In this document: one piece after another, positions 17,856 to 23,136 of the stretch
How positions within the stretch are numbered: the first letter of the stretch is position 1
How the letters are laid out: every line of letters begins with the position of its first letter
Notes under the pieces: generated by a model
What the model was told of the DNA's origin: nothing
Databases searched by the model: none
Seen by the model: only the letters and a program-made list of their open reading frames with translations
Made by a program: the position numbers and the translations under genes
Assembly: GCF_000015225.1 (NCBI RefSeq)
Contig: NC_008698.1
Location: 210,001-242,000 of the forward strand
Direction: 5' to 3'
From: Thermofilum pendens Hrk 5
GTDB lineage: Archaea > Thermoproteota > Thermoprotei > Thermofilales > Thermofilaceae
DNA length: 32,000 bases

Positions 17856-18329
17856 CTAGCCACCCTTCTGTTGCTGAGCTTTCTCCTTTCCTCTCTTAAC
17901 ACCGACAGTTAACCCGGTACGGCCGGTCGTCCTCGTCCTCTGTCCGCGGACTTTAAGTCCAAGCATGTGTCTAACTCCCTTGTAGCTCTTGATCTTCTTC
18001 ATGAACTCTATATCGTTTCTAACCGTGATTAAGAGGTCTGAAGTTATCAGGTGACGGTCAACGCCTAGAAACGGGTCCTTCCTCCTGTTGAGCATCCACG
18101 GTGGAAGCCCCAGCTTCTCTATCTCTCTGAGAGCAGCAGAGAGCTTCTCCACCTCCTCTTCGCTCAATGTGCCGAGAAGCCTGTAGGGGTCGAGTCCGAG
18201 CTTCTTGGCTACAGCCTGCGCTGTCGAGACTCCTATACCCTTAATGTCGGCTAGCGCGTAGACGAGAGCCTTATCTCCTGGTAAGTCCACCCCTGCGACT
18301 CGTACGATGTACCTGAACTCTCCGGACAT
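17856..18329 (-). CDS. rps13: 30S ribosomal protein uS13
   Basis: Contains [29 protein letters not shown]...[22 protein letters not shown]. Confidence 0.95.
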   Translation of the reverse strand: MSGEFRYIVRVAGVDLPGDKALVYALADIKGIGVSTAQAVAKKLGLDPYRLLGTLSEEEVEKLSAALREIEKLGLPPWMLNRRKDPFLGVDRHLITSDLLITVRNDIEFMKKIKSYKGVRHMLGLKVRGQRTRTTGRTGLTVGVKRGKEKAQQQKGG

Positions 18330-18358
18330 ACATTCCCTCTTCTCCTTCGATGCCCCCT

Positions 18359-18368
18359 AAATAAAAAT
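18359..18368 (-). promoter_or_regulatory. TATA box (minus-sense ATTTTTATTT) for the rps13-rps4-rps11 operon
   Basis: Centred about 34 nt upstream of the rps13 ATG at 18329. Confidence 0.4.
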
Positions 18369-18458
18369 CTTTTCGTCGCGCGCGGAACTTGGAACCTCTT
18401 CTCGTGCACGCGTTTCTCGAGGAGGGGGCCGGGCGCCTTTCTCTGTTGGTTTTACCCC

Positions 18459-19940
18459 TTATTCTTGTGCCCCAGCTGGTTTGATCCTTAGCAGTTCTTC
18501 GACTAGCTTCTTCGCGGCCGGCCTAGCCTCCGACTTGGCAACTGCGAAGCGGTAGAGCGCCTCCCAGAGCTCCGGATCCTCGCCTGCGTGCTCGAAAAGA
18601 GAGTCCTGAGGGATCTCGTAGTAAAGCGTCCCGCCTGACCTGACAACATTCACAGTCCACCCCTCCTTGACGGCTCTCTCGTACCAGCCTGGCGGCGCGC
18701 TATCAAAGGGCATCCTAGCGTATATGTAGGCGTACTTGTCGCCGACGGTTACCAAGGAGAGGTTCAGCATCGCGCCGGCAATGTCAACGTAAAAACCGAG
18801 CTCCTGGTAAGACACCACCTTCTGTCCGGGCCTCCTACCCCTCCTGCCTGGCGCTCCGTAGGCAACATAGAGCCAGTGCCGAATCTTCGCGCACCTAGTG
18901 ACTTTACCTACGAATGCTACGTACTCAGAGGCAAGCTCGACCGCGGCGCGGGCGTTGAAGACAGCGCTTTCCGTCGGCAAGTAGACTATCTCGTTGCCAA
19001 TACTGAAGTATAACTCTCTTATCCTCAGAAAGAGTGTGCGTAGCCCGTCTCCCAGGAAGGCTGTGTGTAGAGCGACCGGGTCCCCCTGTAGCGCCTTGCA
19101 CCTTTCGACGAGTGCACGGAACTCTACACGTTTAACTTCGCCTACAAGCCCTGAAGCCCAGCCCAGCTCCTCCTCGTAGCCGTAGATGCTCACTCCCCAC
19201 TCAATGCTTAGCCTGGTACTGCCGAGTATGCCCGCCGTGATGCCCAAGCGAATATTGTCACTAGGAAAGGCCGCGAGCGTGGCTGGCAACTGCCACGGTT
19301 GCGTTGTGCTGAAACGTACATCGCTGTGGCGCCCATGAGGGGGTGTCACATCCGTTAAGATCCACCCCCTCTGCAGGCTCCGTAGAACGCTGATCGGAGT
19401 ATTCATTAGAACCCTGGGAAACTCTGACTCAACCCAGAAGCCTTTCAACGGGATGCGCACGGACCAGCCGCTAGTGGGCTTGCTCACGACGACGTACCAG
19501 TTCTCCCGCGGAGGGTAGACGCGCCAGTGCCTTCCATGCCTCTCGGCTCTGAGGCCGTCGGCGCCGGCGTCGACGATTGCCTGCAACCTTCCTCTGAGCT
19601 CTACGGCCGCGCTTCCCTCTCTCGGCCTGTTGTCATCGCTTAGCAAGAGGTACTTCCTCGCGTCGATGTCTATGAACCTGTAAAACCTCGGGTAAGCCTC
19701 GTCCGGCACAACAGTCAGCGCGTGCGCCGCAAACCTGGTAAAGTCCCAGTTAATCCCAGTCACCGCGTCGAAGAGGCCCACGTAGTGTATCTCGCCCCTC
19801 TTCTTCTTACCCCTAGACCTCCTCTTATCCTTGATCCTGGTGGCATACAAGCTTAGAGCCGCACGCCTCCAAACCTCCTCCCTAACGCGTTCCTCGACAC
19901 CCTCCCCCGCTCCATCTCCCTTCATCACTACTTCATTCAT
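18459..19940 (-). CDS. Orphan 493-aa protein; weak resemblance to archaeo-eukaryotic primase (AEP/prim-pol) motif I
   Basis: Long uninterrupted ORF with normal, non-repetitive composition and a basic N-terminal patch (KDKRRSRGKKKRGE). RFYRFIDIDARKY (D91/D93) resembles the hhhDhD AEP motif I at the usual distance from the N-terminus. VVVSKPTSGWSVRIPL lies where motif II (SGxGxH) would be but lacks the His. There is no P-loop, no YxDD and no CxxC pairs. GGAGGGG lies 7 nt upstream of the ATG. Confidence 0.75.
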   Translation of the reverse strand: MNEVVMKGDGAGEGVEERVREEVWRRAALSLYATRIKDKRRSRGKKKRGEIHYVGLFDAVTGINWDFTRFAAHALTVVPDEAYPRFYRFIDIDARKYLLLSDDNRPREGSAAVELRGRLQAIVDAGADGLRAERHGRHWRVYPPRENWYVVVSKPTSGWSVRIPLKGFWVESEFPRVLMNTPISVLRSLQRGWILTDVTPPHGRHSDVRFSTTQPWQLPATLAAFPSDNIRLGITAGILGSTRLSIEWGVSIYGYEEELGWASGLVGEVKRVEFRALVERCKALQGDPVALHTAFLGDGLRTLFLRIRELYFSIGNEIVYLPTESAVFNARAAVELASEYVAFVGKVTRCAKIRHWLYVAYGAPGRRGRRPGQKVVSYQELGFYVDIAGAMLNLSLVTVGDKYAYIYARMPFDSAPPGWYERAVKEGWTVNVVRSGGTLYYEIPQDSLFEHAGEDPELWEALYRFAVAKSEARPAAKKLVEELLRIKPAGAQE

Positions 19941-19947
19941 ACCTTAA

Positions 19948-19970
19948 CCCCTCCTTAAATGGTGGAGGGG
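19948..19970 (-). promoter_or_regulatory. Hairpin able to sequester the Shine-Dalgarno sequence of the 493-aa gene
   Basis: Minus-sense RNA reads CCCCUCC-ACCAUUUAA-GGAGGGG-UUAAGGU-AUG. This is a perfect 7-bp stem in which the 3' arm is the SD. A second perfect 7-bp hairpin GCGCCCU-CGC-AGGGCGC (19971-19987) lies directly upstream. Confidence 0.35.
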
Positions 19971-20509
19971 GCGCCCTGCGAGGGCGCGCGCATCAGGGGT
20001 CAGCGTGGCGGGAGGGATGTGTGAGCGTTAAGCGCCGTGAGCGTCCTCGTCGTCGTCTCGGGCGGGCCCGCTGGGGCAAGGCTCAGCCCGCCTCGACCGG
20101 CCCCCCGGGGAAGCCGGCGGCGTTTACTAGGGGCGACCGTCACCCCATGCGGGGCTCATCGTGTCGGGCTTCACAGCCAGCGGCTCAGCCCCTAGGCCGG
20201 TCTCTCCCCGGTTGAGGGAGAGACGCCCCAGCCCGGGGCTGGGGCCCCAGAGCCCCGCCTCCCCCGCCGCCCCCGCTCGTCTAGGCGCGCGGCTCGGGCA
20301 CGGCCCGCCGCCGCGTGCTCCCTCGCACCCGCCGGGCGCGGCCCAGACGCGGGCGTTCACAGGGCCCCGGAGGCGCCAGCCCCGGGCAAGGCCCAGCCGG
20401 GCAGGCGCCCCCTCACGCGCCCCGGGCAAAGCCCAGCCGAGCGCGCTCATCGGACCTCTCCCTCTCCGGGAGGGCCCCCATTGACGGGAGGGATGGGTAG
20501 ACGAGCGGG
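19971..20509. other. GC-rich non-coding block L (candidate structured RNA or long structured leader; strand undetermined)
   Basis: My hand counts of 60-nt rows between 20041 and 20460 give 70-87% G+C. It holds many perfect stems (for example GTCTCTCCC/GGGAGAGAC at 20200-20224) and internal repeats. The only ORFs are overlapping P/R/G/A-rich ones in several frames. Confidence 0.5.
20381..20440. repeat. Two copies of a 20-nt motif CCCGGGCAA(G/A)GCCCAGCCG(G/A) exactly 40 nt apart
   Basis: 20381-20400 cccgggcaaggcccagccgg and 20421-20440 cccgggcaaagcccagccga are 18/20 identical. A looser third copy ggggcaaggctcagccc lies at 20073-20089. Each contains a GGGC-loop-GCCC mini-hairpin. Confidence 0.7.
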
Positions 20510-20527
20510 TAAAAAAAGATATTTTTA
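20510..20527. promoter_or_regulatory. 18-nt AT island TAAAAAAAGATATTTTTA inside the GC-rich block: candidate (possibly bidirectional) BRE/TATA promoter
   Basis: It contains a single G in 18 nt and is flanked on both sides by sequence above 75% G+C. It is quasi-palindromic (A-run GATAT T-run). On the plus strand its T5 could alternatively act as a terminator. Confidence 0.35.
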
Positions 20528-20689
20528 GCGGCGGGGAGGGGCAGGGTTTCTCCCCAAGGCCTAGTCTTCGCTTGCGCCTCGGCCCCCTCCTCCCCCGTCC
20601 TCCCGCGGCCGGGCTTCTGGGGGTCATTGTCATCTTGGGCCGCGGGGTTCACCTGTTGAGCGCCTCTCCCGGGGGCTTTGCCTGTGTCG

Positions 20690-20706
20690 CCCCCGGGGGG
20701 GGGGGG
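20690..20706. repeat. Homopolymer tract C5 G12
   Basis: Read directly: gtcgc ccccc gggggggggggg tgac. Confidence 0.9.
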
Positions 20707-20791
20707 TGACGCGGCTTCACTTTTCGGCCGCGAGCCCGATTGCTATGTTAATAGTGGATTTCTGGGATTTATTGCCTGCGCTTGTAAACGT

Positions 20792-20812
20792 GGGAGCTTT
20801 CTCCCGTTTTTT
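20792..20812 (+). terminator. Hairpin plus T6 terminator-like element
   Basis: The sequence is GGGAG cttt CTCCC g TTTTTT. Oligo-T is the archaeal termination signal. Confidence 0.4.
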
Positions 20813-20851
20813 CCGCGTTGAAAGCCCGGTGGTAAAGAGGGTTGACCGAGC

Positions 20852-21082
20852 GTGAGTGACCCGAGGGTTATCGTTAGAACGATAGGCGCGTTGTCGAGGC
20901 TTCTGGCGAGCACTCTTAGGCGTGACGGGCTGTACGAGGCGCGCCTCGTCGAAGCGCTGGACGCGATCGAGGAGTTCCTAGCCTCAGTGCGCGGCGCGAC
21001 CACGCAGGTCGAGGAGGACGAAGAGCTGGCAAGAGAGCTAGAAGAGGGCATCGAGGAGCTCAGGGAGCTAGGGCTAGCGTAA
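20852..21082 (+). CDS. Small acidic, predicted all-helical protein (76 aa), unknown function
   Basis: It has a GTG start with AGAGGG about 12 nt upstream. The composition looks coding (LVEALDAIEEFLASVRG...EEDEELARELEEGIEELRELG). It is followed 8 nt later by a T-run terminator. The antisense 102-aa ORF is Ser-rich and low complexity. Confidence 0.45.
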   Translation: MSDPRVIVRTIGALSRLLASTLRRDGLYEARLVEALDAIEEFLASVRGATTQVEEDEELARELEEGIEELRELGLA

Positions 21083-21089
21083 AACCTCC

Positions 21090-21098
21090 TTTTTTATT
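21090..21098 (+). terminator. Oligo-T terminator (TTTTTTATT) after the 76-aa ORF
   Basis: T6 run immediately downstream of the stop at 21082. Confidence 0.35.
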
Positions 21099-21133
21099 CC
21101 CGTGTTTCCGCGCGCGCATGCACGAACTGGGAG

Positions 21134-21236
21134 TGGCGCCGGGGCCGGGATTTGAACCCGGGCACCCTTAACGGGTAGTGGATCTCAACTGTGGCTTATG
21201 AGTGTCCACCGCCTTAGTCCACTCGGCCACCCCGGC
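21134..21236 (-). tRNA. tRNA-Ser (anticodon UGA) with encoded CCA and a 15-nt intron at non-canonical position 32/33
   Basis: I folded it by hand. The acceptor stem is GCCGGGG/CCCCGGC, with G73 and then CCA. The D-arm is GCCG...AGGC. The anticodon stem is GUGGA/UCCAC. The long variable arm is UACCCGUUAAGGGUGC (class II). The T-arm is CCGGG-UUCAAAU-CCCGG. Removing ACUCAUAAGCCACAG (plus-strand 21189-21203) gives the loop C-U-UGA-G-A. The intron CUCA pairs with exon UGAG as a 4-bp BHB-like central helix, and both cuts fall 1 nt 5' of it. Confidence 0.85.
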
Positions 21237-21332
21237 TCACGTAAACCGGTGCACCGATCCTTATCTATCTTGCGCTCCAGCATGCGCAGAAATAAATAAG
21301 GAGGAAACTTTAGAAGCTCACGGGGGATAGCC

Positions 21333-22445
21333 GTGGAGATCAGGAAGCTCGAGCTCTTCTACCTCGAGATGAAGCTTAAAGAAGAGTTTAGGACGAGCTT
21401 TGGAAGTGTTTCCACGAGGCCGGTTGTGCTAGTAAGGGTGGAGGAGAAGGGGGGCGAGGAGGGGTGGGGAGAACTTGTAGCAGACCGGGGCCCCTGGTAT
21501 AGCTACGAGACCTACGAGACGTCGAGCCTGGTGATCCGGAAGTTTATCGCGCCGAGCCTGGTGGGAAGAGATATTGAGGAGGTGGAAGATTTTCACAGAC
21601 TGGTGGCTTCGATACGTGGATACCCCATGGCGAAGACTGCTGTCGAGGAGGCGCTGCTGGACCTAGAGGCGAGAATGGAGGGGAGGAGCGTCTCGGAGGT
21701 TCTCGGAGGCTCCAGGCAGGAAATAGAGGCGGGGGTTAGCATAGGTATAAAGGCTAGCGTTGAGGAGCTTCTAAGAGAGGTAAGGAGGAGGCTGGAAGAG
21801 GGTTACCAGCGTATAAAGGTGAAGATTAAGCCGGGCTACGACGTCGAGGTCGTGAAGAGGATAAGGGAGGAGTTCGGGGACATCAGGCTCCAAGTAGATG
21901 CTAACGGAGCGTACTCTTTGAGAGACATCGGAGTGTTCAGGGAGCTCGATAGGTTTAACCTGCTCATGCTAGAGCAACCCCTCGCCTACGACGATCTCTA
22001 CGAGCACAGCGTTTTGAGCAGGAAGATCTCTACCCCTGTGTGCCTGGATGAGAGTATTAGGAGCTTGCACGACCTGGTGGTTGCAAGCATCCTGGGGTCA
22101 GCGGAGGTCGTGAACGTTAAGCCTGCAAGGGTTGGGGGAGTGCTCAAGGCTAAAAGCATCTTAGAAGTCGCGGCGAAGCTCGGGTGGGGGGCGTGGGTTG
22201 GCGGAATGCTGGAAACAGGCATAGGCAGGGCGTTCCTAGTCGCCCTCGCGTCCCTTCCGTTCGTTAACTACCCTAACGATATCTCCGCGAGCAACCGCTA
22301 CTGGGATGAGGACATAGTCGAGCCTCCCTGGGAGATAACCCCTCGCGGCACGATAGCTGTTCCCAGGAGGCGCGGGCTCGGAGTAGAGGTAAAGAGAGAG
22401 CTCGTAGACAGGCTTTCGCTGGAGAGGTGGACTGCCACGTACTGA
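21333..22445 (+). CDS. Enolase-superfamily enzyme, o-succinylbenzoate synthase / N-acylamino-acid racemase (MenC/NAAAR) subgroup
   Basis: It has the KxK motif (RIKVKIKPG) and metal ligands in LQVDANGAY, LEQPL and CLDES, with a capping domain at the N-terminus. GTG start; aaataaataagg TATA-like box about 35 nt upstream. Confidence 0.8.
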   Translation: MEIRKLELFYLEMKLKEEFRTSFGSVSTRPVVLVRVEEKGGEEGWGELVADRGPWYSYETYETSSLVIRKFIAPSLVGRDIEEVEDFHRLVASIRGYPMAKTAVEEALLDLEARMEGRSVSEVLGGSRQEIEAGVSIGIKASVEELLREVRRRLEEGYQRIKVKIKPGYDVEVVKRIREEFGDIRLQVDANGAYSLRDIGVFRELDRFNLLMLEQPLAYDDLYEHSVLSRKISTPVCLDESIRSLHDLVVASILGSAEVVNVKPARVGGVLKAKSILEVAAKLGWGAWVGGMLETGIGRAFLVALASLPFVNYPNDISASNRYWDEDIVEPPWEITPRGTIAVPRRRGLGVEVKRELVDRLSLERWTATY

Positions 22446-22457
22446 GGGCGTTGTACT

Positions 22458-22967
22458 ATGCGAGAGGAGAACGTCGTAGCGATAAGCGTCGATAGTGGAC
22501 ACGAAAAGCAGGTAGTCAGGGATGTGCTAGACCTCCTCTTCCCCTACGACGTCGAAGTCAGGGTGACCGGCGTTTCTAGGGGGAGGGTTTCTTTGGTCAC
22601 GCGTATTCCCGCGGAGGACCTTCGAAGGATCTTCAGGAGGTACCCTGTAAGGCACATCCTCAAGGTAAAGCTCCTTCGCAAGGTACTACCTTTAAGCTCG
22701 GAGGTTGCCCAGACTCTGAGGGAGATTGTTTCCTTTTTCCTCGAAGAGGGAGTAAAGATTCGGAGGATCTCCGTGAGGCTCGAGAAAGTCGAGGGCTGGA
22801 GCCAGTCTGCCTACTCCCTGCTTATGCGCGAGTTGAGAACGAACGGGTTGCTGGACTCTGGAGGCTTGCTATACGCGGTCGAGACGGACGGGCAAGCGGT
22901 CTTCGTGTTCGAGGTGCTTTTCACCCGTAATCCTCGAGTGCACAGCCCTACCGGCTTAACACCCTAG
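22458..22967 (+). CDS. Hypothetical protein, possibly a THUMP-like RNA-binding domain protein
   Basis: The pattern VVAISVDSGHEKQVVRDVLDLL...VRVTGVSRGRVSLVT...ILKV, then RRISVRLEKVEG...LLYAVETDGQAVFVFEV, recalls stand-alone archaeal THUMP proteins. This is a weak call from memory only. Confidence 0.45.
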   Translation: MREENVVAISVDSGHEKQVVRDVLDLLFPYDVEVRVTGVSRGRVSLVTRIPAEDLRRIFRRYPVRHILKVKLLRKVLPLSSEVAQTLREIVSFFLEEGVKIRRISVRLEKVEGWSQSAYSLLMRELRTNGLLDSGGLLYAVETDGQAVFVFEVLFTRNPRVHSPTGLTP

Positions 22968-23078
22968 CGCGCATAGAGCCTTGTGGAGCGCTTTGAGTAG
23001 CTGGAGAACCAAGACGGTTAAAGCGAAAAACCATCAGGGAAAGGCTCCCAGCCCCCCTCCTCTCAGCTCCGCGCGCAA

Positions 23079-23105
23079 GGTATATTTATCGCTCTGGGGT
23101 ATATT
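23079..23105 (+). promoter_or_regulatory. orc1/cdc6 promoter region with duplicated GGTATATT boxes
   Basis: ggtatattta lies at 23079-23088 and ggtatatt at 23098-23105. The second is centred about 34 nt upstream of the ATG at 23137, giving a short or leaderless mRNA. Confidence 0.4.
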
Positions 23106-23136
23106 CCTTAAGTAGCTTTACTCGTAGTGAGCTTCG

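Larger units (their letters stand above)
20545..20812 (+). ncRNA. Candidate discrete roughly 260-nt GC-rich RNA (block R)
   Basis: It starts about 25 nt downstream of the AT island. It ends at a hairpin GGGAG-cttt-CTCCC (20792-20805) followed by G and T6 (20807-12). It contains stems GGGGAG/CTCCCC (20534-20555) and GTCGCCCCC/GGGGGTGAC around the G12 tract. The latter stem has a G-T pair that is a legal G-U wobble only in plus sense. Confidence 0.35.
18459..21133. mobile_element. Possible integrated-element remnant abutting the 3' end of tRNA-Ser (orphan gene + GC-rich RNA-like block + small acidic ORF)
   Basis: The block lies between a housekeeping promoter and a tRNA 3' end, the classic archaeal integration target. 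It differs in composition from its flanks and has no housekeeping function I can recognise. No integrase and no convincing att repeat were found, so this is only a hypothesis. Confidence 0.3.

Noticed and set aside
18424-18432. A direct repeat of the tRNA-Ser 3' end (GGGGCCGGG, also at 21141-21149) as an att site proving integration
   Set aside because: Only 9 nt match, in GC-rich sequence where such matches arise by chance. Archaeal att sites are usually several tens of nt. I kept it only as a weak note under the island hypothesis.
18459-19940. The 493-aa protein as a reverse transcriptase (retron or group II intron), a TnpB/IscB-type RNA-guided nuclease, or a tyrosine integrase
   Set aside because: It has no YxDD box (only YVDI) and no paired CxxC zinc-finger motifs; there are only two Cys in total. 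It shows no recognisable RuvC D/E/D pattern and no R...HxxR...Y arrangement that I can see.
20370-20440. A mini CRISPR array suggested by the 40-nt periodic repeat
   Set aside because: There are only two good copies, each 20 nt. The intervening sequences are themselves related, and no leader or cas genes are present in the window.
19941-20812. The GC-rich block as RNase P RNA or SRP (7S) RNA
   Set aside because: I could not find the universally conserved CR-I GAGGAAAGUCC or CR-V ACAGAA-type segments, nor the SRP helix-8 GGAAG.AGCAGCC motif, on either strand. This was an eye search only, so a cmscan should still be run.
20021-21051. Six ORF-track ORFs inside the GC-rich block (20021-20215+, 20127-20633-, 20161-20484+, 20315-20500+, 20413-20652-, 20743-21051-)
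   Set aside because: They overlap one another in different frames and on both strands. They translate to Pro/Arg/Gly/Ala (or Ser) low-complexity strings. Such ORFs are the expected artefact of stop-codon-poor high-GC sequence.
22968-23136. A confident oriC call upstream of orc1/cdc6
   Set aside because: I see no inverted pair of ORB-like repeats and no extended AT-rich unwinding element. There are only promoter-type TATA boxes and single weak ORB-like fragments.
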